Below, piece by piece: positions 21,191 through 30,760 of a stretch of 64,000 bases of DNA. The position numbers and the translations under genes were made by a program. Every line of letters begins with the position of its first letter. Position 1 is the first letter of the stretch. The DNA lies in the NCBI GenBank assembly GCA_965219085.1, contig OZ244720.1, positions 1,408,001 to 1,472,000 on the forward strand, read 5' to 3'. Below the pieces are notes generated by a model. That model saw only the letters and a list, made by a program, of their open reading frames with translations, ran no database searches and was not told the origin of the DNA. This stretch comes from Dehalococcoidia bacterium (lineage in GTDB: Bacteria; Chloroflexota; Dehalococcoidia; UBA2979).

Positions 21191-22216
21191 CTACAGTTTG
21201 CCTCGCCGGATCAACTCCTCGGCGATCTGGATGGCGTTGGTGGCCGCGCCCTTGCGCAAATTGTCGGTCACACACCAGAACACCGCCCCGTGTTCGACCG
21301 AGGAATCCTTGCGCAGCCGACCCACGAACGTGCGGTCGTCGCCGGCCGTGTTGAGCGGTGTCGGGTAGCTCGCCGACGCCGGGTCGTCCATCAGCTCGAT
21401 GCCGTCGTGGGCCTCGAGAGCCTCGCGCAAGTCGCCGATGGGCGCGGGGCCGTCGAACTCGACGTGGACGGCCTCCGCGTGGCCGATCATCGTCGGCACG
21501 CGTGCGCAGGTCGACGAGAACGGCAGGTCCGGCAGGTGGAGGATCTTGCGCGTCTCGTTGCGCATCTTCAGTTCCTCGCGGGTGTAGCCGTCCTCCTCGA
21601 AGTCGTCGACGTGGGGCAGCACGTTGAGCGCGATCTGGTGCGGGTACTGCACCGGCGCCGGCAGCTCCTCGCCCCGACCGTAGGCGGCGAGCTGTGCGTC
21701 GAGCTCCGCGGCGGCGGCCGCGCCCGAGCCGGTCACGGCCTGGTAGGTGGCGGCGGTCACGCGCTTGAGCGGGGCGACGGTGCGCATCGCGTGCAGCACG
21801 AGGGCGAGCGGGGTGGTGGTGCAGTTGGGGATCGAGATGATGCCCTCGTGCCATTCGATGTCGTCGCCGTTGACCTCGGGCACGACGAGCGGGACGTTCG
21901 CCTCCATGCGGAACGCGGAGCCGTCGTCGATGAGGATGCCGCCGCCCGCGGCCACCTTCGGCCCCCACATCCTCGAGGCGGCGGCGGTGGCGGAGCAGAA
22001 CACGAGGTCGGCGCCCTCGATGCTCTCTTCGGTGGTCTCCCGGACGGTGATGGTCTGGTCGCGGTAGCGCAGCTGACGCCCTGCGGAGCGGTGGGTGGCG
22101 AGCAGGCGCAGGTTGCTGATCGGCAGGTCGCGTTCGGCGGCGACGGCGAGGAAGACGGCGCCGACGGCGCCGGTCGCGCCGATGACAGCGATGTCGAGTC
22201 CGTTGGTGTTGCTCAT
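21191..22216 (-). CDS. asd: Aspartate-semialdehyde dehydrogenase
   Basis: GATGAVG, VPEVN, PNCTT, TYQAVTGSG, EELKMRNETRKIL, DNLRKGAATNAIQI. Confidence 0.96.
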   Translation of the reverse strand: MSNTNGLDIAVIGATGAVGAVFLAVAAERDLPISNLRLLATHRSAGRQLRYRDQTITVRETTEESIEGADLVFCSATAAASRMWGPKVAAGGGILIDDGSAFRMEANVPLVVPEVNGDDIEWHEGIISIPNCTTTPLALVLHAMRTVAPLKRVTAATYQAVTGSGAAAAAELDAQLAAYGRGEELPAPVQYPHQIALNVLPHVDDFEEDGYTREELKMRNETRKILHLPDLPFSSTCARVPTMIGHAEAVHVEFDGPAPIGDLREALEAHDGIELMDDPASASYPTPLNTAGDDRTFVGRLRKDSSVEHGAVFWCVTDNLRKGAATNAIQIAEELIRRGKL

Positions 22217-22255
22217 AGTGGGATCACCGTGCGCCAAGCATCACCCGGACGAACC

Positions 22256-22801
22256 CTACTCGCCAGCGGCGGCTTCGTCGGAGCGCGGCTCTGTCCAGAC
22301 AGTTAGCGTGGGCACCTTCTCGAAGTCGTCGTCCATCGTGACGACGTCGTAGACGCCCGTCGTGCTGGCTATGGCGACGACCAGCGCGTCGTGGGACTTG
22401 AGATCGTAGCGACCCGCGTGCAGGTTCGCCAATCCAAGTACGTCTTCCCCCAACGCTATCTCCCAGCGGTCGAACCCTCCAAGGAACCTTCGCAGGAGTG
22501 CCGATGCGTCTCGGAAGGCGCGTCCGACCCTGTCGCGCTCGTCGCGTCTCCCGCTCGGGAGCGGGAGGGCACCCTTTTGCAAGAGCCGTCTCCAACACTG
22601 CGGCGCCTCGAGGAAGATGAGAGGCGAGACTACGAGCGTCACTCCTCCCATGCGAAGGCGCTCGGCGAACGCCACGCATAGCTCGTGACGACCATCTCCT
22701 TCGAGTGGGTCGATGAGAGCTTCGAATACGAAACTGGAGTCGACGACCACTGTCGGTGGGAGCGGATCATCCTCAAACGCCCGCGGTGTTGCCTGTACCA
22801 C
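22256..22801 (-). CDS. PIN domain (VapC-like) protein
   Basis: VVVDSSFV, LKSHDALVVA, VTMDDDF. Confidence 0.85.
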   Translation of the reverse strand: MVQATPRAFEDDPLPPTVVVDSSFVFEALIDPLEGDGRHELCVAFAERLRMGGVTLVVSPLIFLEAPQCWRRLLQKGALPLPSGRRDERDRVGRAFRDASALLRRFLGGFDRWEIALGEDVLGLANLHAGRYDLKSHDALVVAIASTTGVYDVVTMDDDFEKVPTLTVWTEPRSDEAAAGE

Positions 22802-22804
22802 TAC

Positions 22805-22972
22805 CTAACCCACTTTGGAGTCCTTGATGACTTCCCTCAGGTCCTTAACGCGCTTCGCAAGACGAAGAACCGGCAGCGCTCCGTTCTCGGAGTCATCCCG
22901 CTTGTGGAACTTTGCCAAACCCGAGCTTTCGAGTTCGTGCAGCTTCTCTTCCGCTGGTCGCGTTTCCTCCAC
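22805..22972 (-). CDS. 55-aa putative antitoxin (below the ORF-track cutoff)
   Basis: GGAGG RBS then GTG; (M)EETRPAEEKLHELESSGLAKFHKRDDSENGALPVLRLAKRVKDLREVIKDSKVG; ends 3 bp before the PIN start. Confidence 0.6.
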   Translation of the reverse strand: MEETRPAEEKLHELESSGLAKFHKRDDSENGALPVLRLAKRVKDLREVIKDSKVG

Positions 22973-23266
22973 GATTAGCCCCTCCGGTCAGGATTCTCCA
23001 CCGGGGGGCACTTGCGTGCACAGAGCCCGGCGGATACGCTTAATGCGCATCCGCTTGGGCGGGTTGATCGAATGCATGGCCTCAGCCGCGCCAACGGCGA
23101 ATAGGCCTAGCGGGCTCGACAAAGTTAGAACATCGGCGAGCCCACCGTCTGACACATTGAGTATAAGTGCCTAAGCGTATCTGCCGCTACCGCGGCGATT
23201 CGCGCATCCGCCTCCGGGAATCCAGTTGACCAAAGAGCCACTCATCCGCGCCGTTTAGCGGCGCGC

Positions 23267-23941
23267 CTACGCCCCCGTACCCCGCCCCAGCGTCACCATC
23301 CGCCTGTTCAACTCGAACAGCATCTGTCGTGCCGGGTCGCCCTCCGGGTCGATCAGCACCCCGCCCCACCCCGCGTCCAGCGAGGCGTCGATGTGGCGCT
23401 TGCTGTCGTCGAAGTAGAGGATGCGGCGCTCCTTGAAGCCGGTCGCCGCCATTACGGCCTCGAAGACGGCTCGCTCGGGCTTGATCACGCCGAGCAGGTG
23501 GCTGCCGAAGCGCTGCCCGATGCGACGCACCGACGCGTAGCGCTCCGCTTCGGACTCGTCGAGGAGCTGGCGATGCCAGTGTGACTCGTCGGTGTTTGAC
23601 AGGATCGCCGTCTCGACGTCCGCCGCGTGTACGGCGTCGATGACAGCGCCGACGCCGGGGTACTCGCCGATCAGCCACGCACCGTGGACAGCCTCGACGT
23701 CACTCGGGCTGTAGACACCCCCGGACGCGTCCGCGACGAGGCGGTAGTACTCGGCGACAGCGAGTTCGCCGCGCTGGCGCTGCTCGCTCAACTCGAGCCG
23801 TCGCGGTTCGAAGTCGCGATCGGTGGGCGGATCGCCCGCAAGGCCGACACGCGCATGCCCGTCCGCCCACGAGCTCACCGTCTCGACGAGCACCCCGCTC
23901 AGGTCGAACACGACGAGGTCGTAGGGCTTCGGTAGCCGCAC
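23267..23941 (-). CDS. HAD-superfamily hydrolase (YihX-like)
   Basis: VVFDLSGVL, ILSNT, KPE, LYFDD. Confidence 0.88.
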   Translation of the reverse strand: MRLPKPYDLVVFDLSGVLVETVSSWADGHARVGLAGDPPTDRDFEPRRLELSEQRQRGELAVAEYYRLVADASGGVYSPSDVEAVHGAWLIGEYPGVGAVIDAVHAADVETAILSNTDESHWHRQLLDESEAERYASVRRIGQRFGSHLLGVIKPERAVFEAVMAATGFKERRILYFDDSKRHIDASLDAGWGGVLIDPEGDPARQMLFELNRRMVTLGRGTGA

Positions 23942-24732
23942 TACGCGAGCCCCATCAGCGCGTCGAGGCCGTATACCAGCCCCTCACGCCCCATCACGTC
24001 GCGCACAGCCAGCAGCACCCCCGGCATGAACGAGTCGCGGCCCGTCGAGTCGTGGCGGAGCGTCAGCGTCTGGCCAAGGCCGCCGAAGATCACCTCCTGG
24101 TGCGCGACGAGGCCCGGCAGCCGCACGGAGTGCAGCCCGACGCCCCCGAACTGCGCGCCGCGCGCGCCCTCGACATGCTCGATCTGTGACTCCGGGTGGG
24201 CGAGGTTCTCGCCGCGCGCCTCGCGAATGAGCTGCGCGGTGGCGACGGCGGTGCCGGATGGCGAGTCGACCTTGCCGTCGTGGTGCAGCTCGATCACCTC
24301 GGCGGCGTCGAAGTGCGGCGCGGCCATCTTCGCGAGGTGCATCAGCACCACAGCGCCGAGCGCGAAGTTGGGGGCGATCACCCCGCCGAGCCCGCGCTCG
24401 GCGAGCCCGGTGCGGGCACGCTCGACCACCGCGTCGGGGATGCTCGACGTGCCGATCACCGGCCGCACGCCGTGCGCGATCGCGGCGTCGAGGAGCGTCG
24501 GGGCGAACGACGCGTTCGTGAAGTCGACGACGACGTCGGGCGTGACCGCCTCGAACAGCGCGGCGGGGTCGGCGCTGGCCGGGTAGACGGCGCCGCTGGC
24601 GGCCGTGATCTCATCACCCTCGACGCCGAGTGGCTCGATGACGCCGACGGGTTCGAGGTCGTCCTGGGCCTCGATCGTCCCGAGGACCTGGCCGCCCATG
24701 TTGCCGCTGCCGCTGACGACGACCCTGATCAC
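23941..24732 (-). CDS. dapB: 4-hydroxy-tetrahydrodipicolinate reductase
   Basis: GSGNMG, VDFT, APNFALG, IELHHDGKVDSPSGTA, HSVRLPG..AHQEVIFG. Confidence 0.96.
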   Translation of the reverse strand: MIRVVVSGSGNMGGQVLGTIEAQDDLEPVGVIEPLGVEGDEITAASGAVYPASADPAALFEAVTPDVVVDFTNASFAPTLLDAAIAHGVRPVIGTSSIPDAVVERARTGLAERGLGGVIAPNFALGAVVLMHLAKMAAPHFDAAEVIELHHDGKVDSPSGTAVATAQLIREARGENLAHPESQIEHVEGARGAQFGGVGLHSVRLPGLVAHQEVIFGGLGQTLTLRHDSTGRDSFMPGVLLAVRDVMGREGLVYGLDALMGLA

Positions 24733-24871
24733 GGTGCACCCCCTCGCTGCATGACCGCAGACGGAACGACGCCCCGCCCGGTCATCTCTGACCTGCCTTC
24801 CGGCAGTGGGCGTGGCGCCAGTGTACCGGCCCACATCCTGGTAGTGCGGGCCGGGCTACGCGGGGCGAGGG

Positions 24872-27370
24872 CTACCAGCGACGGCCGCCGCCGCCGCCAC
24901 CACCGCCGCCTTCGGGGCGCCCGCCGCCGCCACCGCCGCCTTCGGGCCGCCCGCCACCGCCGCCGCGGCTCTCGCCGTCGGAGCGTGGGCCTCGGCCTCC
25001 GCCGCCACCCCCGCCGCCGCGCGGGCCGCGGTTGTGATCGCCCCCGCCACCGCCGCCGCGCGGGCCGCGGCCTCCACCGCCGCCTCCGCCACCGCCACCG
25101 CGCGGGCCGCCACGTCCTCGACCTCCGCCACCGCCACCACGGGGACCACGGCCACCGCCGCCGCCGCGCGGGCCGCGATCGCCGGCCATGGCAGGCTCGC
25201 GATCCGCGGCCTCGGCTGCCTCGTCGGAGAGACCGACGCGCTCGGAGCCGTCCTCGCCGTCGCGCAGGCGCGTGAGGTTGATGCGCCCGAGGTTGTCGAT
25301 CTCGATGACCCGCACGCGCAGCGTCTCACCCTCGCTGACCTCGTCCTCCACGCGGTTGACGTGGTAGTCGGCGAGGTCGGAGATGTGCACCAGTCCGTCC
25401 TTGCCGGGAAGGATCTCGACGAACGCGCCGAAGTCGAGGATGCGGACCACGGAGCCCTCGTAGATTTCGCCGACCTCGATCTCCTTGGTGAGCCCGCGGA
25501 TCATCTCGATGGCGCGGCGCACGCCATCGGCGTCGGATCCGCTGACCAGCACGACACCGTCGTCCTCGACGTTGATGTTCGCGCCGGTCTCCTCCTGCAT
25601 GGCGTTGATGACGCGGCCACCGGGGCCGATCACCGCGCCGATCTTCTCGCGGTCGATCTGCAGCGCCTCGACGCGCGGAGCGTACGGCGACAGCTCCTCG
25701 CGCGGCTCGGAGATGGCGTCGAGCATGACCTCGAGGATCTGGAGTCGCGCCTGGCGCGCGCGCTCGAACACCGTGTCGAGCAGGCCGTCCGGCAGCGACT
25801 GCAGCTTGATGTCGAGCTGCACGGCGGTGACGCCCTGCTCGGTGCCGGCGACCTTGAAGTCCATGTCGCCGAGACCGTCCTCGACGCCGGCGATGTCGGT
25901 GAGCACGCGGTACTCGTCGCCCTCGCTGGCGGTGATCAGGCCCATCGCCACGCCGGCGACGGGCGCCGTGATCGGCACACCCGCGTCCATCAGCGCGAGG
26001 GTGGAGCCGCAGACCGACCCCATCGAGGTCGAGCCGTTCGACATCAGCGCCTCGGACACGACGCGCAGTGCGTACGGAAAGTCCTCGGCCGGCGGGAGGA
26101 CCGGCAGCAGCGCGCGCTCGGCGAGCAGGCCGTGGCCGATCTCGCGACGGCCGGGGCCGCGCAGCGGCCGCGCCTCGCCAACGGAGAACGGCGGGAAGTT
26201 GTAGTGGTGCATGTAGCGCTTGAACTGCGTCGGCGACAGCGTGTCGAGGCGCTGGCGGTCGGCCAGCGGGCCGAGCGTCGCGACCGACAGGATCTGCGTG
26301 CCTCCGCGGCGGAACAGCCCGGCGCCATGCGCGCGCGGGAGCATGCCCACACGGCTGAACAACGGGCGGATCTCGTCCTCGGCGCGGTCGTCCGGGCGCA
26401 GGTTGTCCTCGACGATGCGACGGCGCACGAGCGCCTTCACCTCGTCCTCGACGCAGGCGCGCACGGCGCGGCGGTCGAGCGAGTCGTCCTCCTCGCCGCC
26501 GAGGCGCTGCCAGACATCGAGCCCGAGCTGGTCGACGCCGCGGAAGCCCTCGTCCTGCACCGCGCCGAGCAGATCGGCGTCGTCGACGCCTTCGAGGTCG
26601 GCGTGGACGCGGGCCTGCAGCTCCCCGTCGGCGGCCGCCGGCTCGTACGGGGTCTTCTCCTCGCCGACCGCGTCGATGACCTCGCGCTGCAGGGCGTTGA
26701 GCTGGGCGATGATGCCCTGTGCATACTCGACGGCCTCGATGACCTCGGCCTCCGGCACCTGGTCGGCCCCGGCCTCGATCATCACGATCGAGTCCTCGGT
26801 GCCCGCGACGATGAGGTCGAGGTCGGACGCCTCGATCTCCTCGTAGGTGGGGAACGCCTTGAACGCGCCATCGACACGGCCGATGCGCACCGACGACACG
26901 GGCCCCTCGAACGGGACGTTCGACATGCCAAGCGTGGTCGAGGCGCCAAGGACGCCGAAGATGTCAGCCGGGTTCTCGCGGTCGGAGGCGAGGGTGAGCA
27001 GCACGAGCTGGATCTCGCGGCGGTAGCCCTTCGGGAAGAGCGGGCGGATCGGCCGGTCGGTCATGCGCGCGGCGAGGGTGGCCTCGTTGCCGGGGCGGCC
27101 CTCGCGGCGGAAGAAGGAGCCGGGGATCTTGCCGATGGCGTACATCCGCTCCTCGAAGTCCACGGTGAGCGGGAAGAAGTCGATGCCCGCGCGCGGCTCG
27201 CCGTCGGTGAGTGTGGCGAGGAGCACGGTGTCGCCGTAGCGCATGGTGCACGCGGCGCTCGAGTTCAGGGCGAGCAGCCCGACGCCGATCTCGAGGGTCT
27301 TACCCTCGATCTCGGTGCTGAAGATCTGCTCCTCGACTTCCATACGCGGCGCCGGGATGGTCTGGGTCAT
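24872..27370 (-). CDS. pnp: Polyribonucleotide nucleotidyltransferase with Gly/Arg-rich C-terminal tail
   Basis: DFFPLTVDF, GKIPGSFFRREGRP, HHYNFPPFSVGE, SNGSTSMGSVC, GDMDFKVAGT, KH and S1 domains. Confidence 0.98.
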   Translation of the reverse strand: MTQTIPAPRMEVEEQIFSTEIEGKTLEIGVGLLALNSSAACTMRYGDTVLLATLTDGEPRAGIDFFPLTVDFEERMYAIGKIPGSFFRREGRPGNEATLAARMTDRPIRPLFPKGYRREIQLVLLTLASDRENPADIFGVLGASTTLGMSNVPFEGPVSSVRIGRVDGAFKAFPTYEEIEASDLDLIVAGTEDSIVMIEAGADQVPEAEVIEAVEYAQGIIAQLNALQREVIDAVGEEKTPYEPAAADGELQARVHADLEGVDDADLLGAVQDEGFRGVDQLGLDVWQRLGGEEDDSLDRRAVRACVEDEVKALVRRRIVEDNLRPDDRAEDEIRPLFSRVGMLPRAHGAGLFRRGGTQILSVATLGPLADRQRLDTLSPTQFKRYMHHYNFPPFSVGEARPLRGPGRREIGHGLLAERALLPVLPPAEDFPYALRVVSEALMSNGSTSMGSVCGSTLALMDAGVPITAPVAGVAMGLITASEGDEYRVLTDIAGVEDGLGDMDFKVAGTEQGVTAVQLDIKLQSLPDGLLDTVFERARQARLQILEVMLDAISEPREELSPYAPRVEALQIDREKIGAVIGPGGRVINAMQEETGANINVEDDGVVLVSGSDADGVRRAIEMIRGLTKEIEVGEIYEGSVVRILDFGAFVEILPGKDGLVHISDLADYHVNRVEDEVSEGETLRVRVIEIDNLGRINLTRLRDGEDGSERVGLSDEAAEAADREPAMAGDRGPRGGGGGRGPRGGGGGGRGRGGPRGGGGGGGGGGRGPRGGGGGGDHNRGPRGGGGGGGGRGPRSDGESRGGGGGRPEGGGGGGGRPEGGGGGGGGGRRW

Positions 27371-27638
27371 CGTGGTTGTCGCCTCTCCTGGGTGCGCCCG
27401 GTCATGGGTGCCTGTGTCTGATGCTGGGGGTGGATTGCTGAACGGTGCGGGCCGCCTGGGTGGTTGTGCGGCCCTGTGGTGGGGTGGTCGATGCTGTTCC
27501 TTCGCTCCTCGCGCGCCTATCTGCGCGTACTGCTCCTTGTGCGCCTGCCGGCGCTGTCGCACGCCGATCGCGCGGCGTGCGCATCCGGTTGGGTGTCGCG
27601 CGGTCGGGAGGTACGAGGCGGTGCGGAGCAGCGCGTGG

Positions 27639-27914
27639 TTAGCGGCGCAGTCCGAGCCGTGCGATGAGCGTGCGGTAGCGCTCTACGTCCCTCTTGCTGA
27701 GATAGCGGAGTTGCCGACGGCGGCGGCCGACGAGCTTGAGTAGCCCGCGCCGCGTGTCGTAGTCGTGCGAGTGCTCGCGGAGATGGTCCGTGAGGTGCCG
27801 GATGCGCTCAGTCAGTAGCGCGACCTGCACCTCCGGGGAGCCGGTGTCTCCCTCGTGCGTCTGGTAGTCGTGGACGATCTCTTGACGGCGTTCCGCATTG
27901 ATGAGCGAGGCGAT
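27639..27914 (-). CDS. rpsO: 30S ribosomal protein S15 (apparently a non-canonical ATC start)
   Basis: [46 protein letters not shown]...LGLRR; no in-frame ATG/GTG/TTG at the N-terminus before an upstream TAG. Confidence 0.95.
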   Translation of the reverse strand: MASLINAERRQEIVHDYQTHEGDTGSPEVQVALLTERIRHLTDHLREHSHDYDTRRGLLKLVGRRRRQLRYLSKRDVERYRTLIARLGLRR

Positions 27915-28104
27915 GCGAGTTGGTCCTGTTCCCTATTGCCACCTACACACACTCAGCGCCTTGGTCCTCCCGGGACCGGGCGGTAGCCGCGGGGCCGTTG
28001 CTCGGCGATCCGGCGCGCGCACGCGCCGTGCGGCTACGCGATTACGCTAGCACAGGGCTCGATGGCGGCCAACCGCGGCAGCCCACGCGATCCTTCGGCT
28101 CTAG

Positions 28105-29280
28105 GGATGGTCTGAACAGGTGGCGTATCGGGCGCGGTGCGGGTCGATCGGCGTACTGCGCTGCGCTGCGGGGGCCGATGCCGCGATTCAGGGGGCGATC
28201 CCGTTCCCATTCCGCTGCGGGCTCGCCTGCGGGAGCGATTCCGGACGCAGCGCTCCCGCGATCACGCGAGCTGAGGCTCAGCTCGCAACAGGTTCGTGAA
28301 ACCGAGCAGCAGCATGAGACGCTGGCGGTTCTTCTCAAGACCCCGGTAGCGGACCTGCGCGTACCCGAAGTGCCGCTTCACGTAGAGAAACGGATGCTCA
28401 GCCTTGGCGCGCACCGAGGCCTTGCGCCGCTCCGCCTGCGCCTCCTCGCCCCCCGGCGCCAGCTGCCGCCTGAGACCCGGACGCATCGCCACCTGCCAGC
28501 TCACCTCCGACCCCGCGTGCTCCGGGCGCTTCTCCACTCCCTGGTAGCCGGCGTCGCCCCACGCCTCCGTCTCGCCGCCGTGCAAGAGGCGATGCGCCTC
28601 GGTCACGTCGGAGACGTTCGCCGCCGTCGTGCTCACGCTGTGGACCAGCCCCGTCCGCGCATCCGTGCCGGTGTGCAGCTTCATCCCGAAGAACTACTGC
28701 CGGCCCTTGCTGGTCTGGTGCATCTCGGGGTCGCGCGCACGCTCGCGGTTCTTCGTCGATGACGGCGCGCTGATGATCGTGGAGTCCACGATCGTGCCCT
28801 CGCGCACCTGCAGACCCTGCCGTGCCAGGTGCGCGTTGATCGTCGCGAACAGCTCCGTTCCCAGCTGATGGCGCTCCAGCAGGTGGCGGAAGTTGAGGAT
28901 CGTCGTCTCATCGGGAATCGGCTCGGAGAGGCTGAGACCGGCGAACTCGAGCATCGAACGGGAGTCGTAGAGTTCCTGCTCCATGCCGGGGTCGCTGAGG
29001 TTGAACCAGAGCTGCAGGCAGTGGATGCGCAGCATCACGCGCAGCGCGTAGGGGCGGCGTCCGCGGCCGCGCTTCGGGTAGACGGGCGCGATGCGCTGCT
29101 CCAGCTCAGCCCAGGGGACGAGCCTGTCCATGCGCTCGAGGAACGTCTGCCGCCTCGTCTTGACCTTCTTGTGCTCGTACTCGACGCTGCCGAACGAACG
29201 CTGCTGCATGGGTCGCCCCTCTCCGGGTCGCCCCATGATCGCATCTGCTCACCCGCTCAGGCGAGTTGTTCAGACCATCC
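28105..29280 (-). mobile_element. IS5 family (IS5 subgroup) insertion sequence, 1176 bp
   Basis: Perfect 14-bp IRs GGATGGTCTGAACA / TGTTCAGACCATCC; flanks CTAG / TTAG. Confidence 0.93.
28262..29209 (-). pseudogene. IS5 transposase interrupted by an in-frame amber codon
   Basis: KTRRQTFL..M..LVPW, PDETTILNFRHLLE, RDPEMHQT; KGRQ-TAG-FFGMKLH where family members have KGNQWYFGMK; then GDAGYQG, RAKAEHPF, VRYRGL. Confidence 0.9.
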
Positions 29281-29370
29281 TTAGAGGTCATCCTGTACCA
29301 TTCATGAGCCGGGTATGCGTTCGGGTCGCAGCCCGCGAGGCGGTGTCACCACAAGCAAGGCAGATCTCTC

Positions 29371-30201
29371 ATGCCAGCATCCCTCGCTCTCACAATCGAC
29401 GGAGACAGGATCGGTCTCCCCGGTCTAGGCCAAGCCGTCGTTGACTTCTCGGAGCTACTCACCGAGCTCGACGCCGCGCTCTTCCCTCAGGGTCGGGCAA
29501 CGGTTCACTGGGAACTCGCAGCGATCAGTTACTCGAGCCCGGTGCGCATTCTTGCAACGGCCGTCCCTTCCCAGAACGGCGCCGACAGGGCGCCGCAGGT
29601 CGCTGAAGTCTGTATCGCCGGCGCGCGGGCCCTCACTGATGGTGCGCGGCGCCCGCCCGGATTTAGCGATGAAGCCTTACAGCGAATCGGGCGGCTCGGC
29701 GAACTAACCGGCCAGGGTATCCGCACGATACGGATCACCGACGCGATCCACGACGGCCGAGGAGGGGACGACACCCCGCAGGACGCAATCGTAACCGCTG
29801 CTACCGCTGCTAACGCCGCTGCTGTGCTCGCCGAGAGCACAGACACGACCACAGCGGTCGAGCCTTCGGTCTACGGGTCAGTCGAAGGACCCGCCGAGGC
29901 ATTCAACGTGCATGCGGCACCGTTCTTCACAGTGTGGGACCTGCTCACGGGTAAGGCAGTTCAATGCTACTTCGACGCTTCAGACCGCGAGCGCATCGCC
30001 GACATTGTGGCGGAGCGCCGCACTGTGTCCGTGAGCGGGCCCTTGCGCCGGAATCCCGACGGTAGCCTGGGCCGGATTCGCCCGGTGGACGCAATTGAGG
30101 TCATTGATGAACCGCTGCCGGGCGACTGGGCGCCTCCGACGGGCCTCTTCGGTGGCGTCAGCGATACTCAAGCCTACCTGCGGAATATCCGTGGCGAGTG
30201 A
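29371..30201 (+). CDS. Hypothetical protein, putative large PIN-associated partner
   Basis: 276-aa ORF overlapping the PIN gene; beta-rich C-terminal half ending YLRNIRGE. Confidence 0.7.
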   Translation: MPASLALTIDGDRIGLPGLGQAVVDFSELLTELDAALFPQGRATVHWELAAISYSSPVRILATAVPSQNGADRAPQVAEVCIAGARALTDGARRPPGFSDEALQRIGRLGELTGQGIRTIRITDAIHDGRGGDDTPQDAIVTAATAANAAAVLAESTDTTTAVEPSVYGSVEGPAEAFNVHAAPFFTVWDLLTGKAVQCYFDASDRERIADIVAERRTVSVSGPLRRNPDGSLGRIRPVDAIEVIDEPLPGDWAPPTGLFGGVSDTQAYLRNIRGE

Positions 30202-30715
30202 CGCGGCCGCCAGTTCCTCGGGCCCGCCCGGCGAGACGAATCCCGACTTCGTCTACCTCGACTCGAACTTCTATCTCGACTATCTGATCGGCGACAGGCC
30301 ATACGGTGATGCTTTGAACTCAATCATCGAGGCTTGGCGCAGCGGGGAGCTTCGTGTGGCCACGTCGGCTCTCACCCTTACTGAGGTGCTGTACTTGCGG
30401 CGCGTCGACGGAGGGCCGCGCCGTCGTCTCGCTCCCCAGGACGAGCCCCGCGTAATCGACTTGTTTCGGCCTGTTCCGCCGCGCAGATTCCTGCTCGTCG
30501 AGGTCACGCGAAGAGTAGCGGAGCAAGCACGGGAACTCGTCTGGGACCTCGGCATCGAGCCAAAGGACGCTATCCACGTTGCTTCTGCCCTACTCGTGGG
30601 GGCGCCGACGATGTTTACATCGGACGACGGTCTACTCGACAAGCACGCTGGTGGCGATCCTCCGTTGCGGATGGATCGGCCCCACTGGACCACGCAGACG
30701 TCGTTCCTCGGCTGA
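30191..30715 (+). CDS. PIN domain (VapC-like) protein
   Basis: VYLDSNFYL, TSALTLTEVL, EPKDAIHVASA, FTSDDGLL. Confidence 0.88.
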   Translation: MASDAAASSSGPPGETNPDFVYLDSNFYLDYLIGDRPYGDALNSIIEAWRSGELRVATSALTLTEVLYLRRVDGGPRRRLAPQDEPRVIDLFRPVPPRRFLLVEVTRRVAEQARELVWDLGIEPKDAIHVASALLVGAPTMFTSDDGLLDKHAGGDPPLRMDRPHWTTQTSFLG

Positions 30716-30760
30716 GAGCGTTGGAGCCATCCGGTTCGAGGCTTGGGCGTAGCGCTTGCG

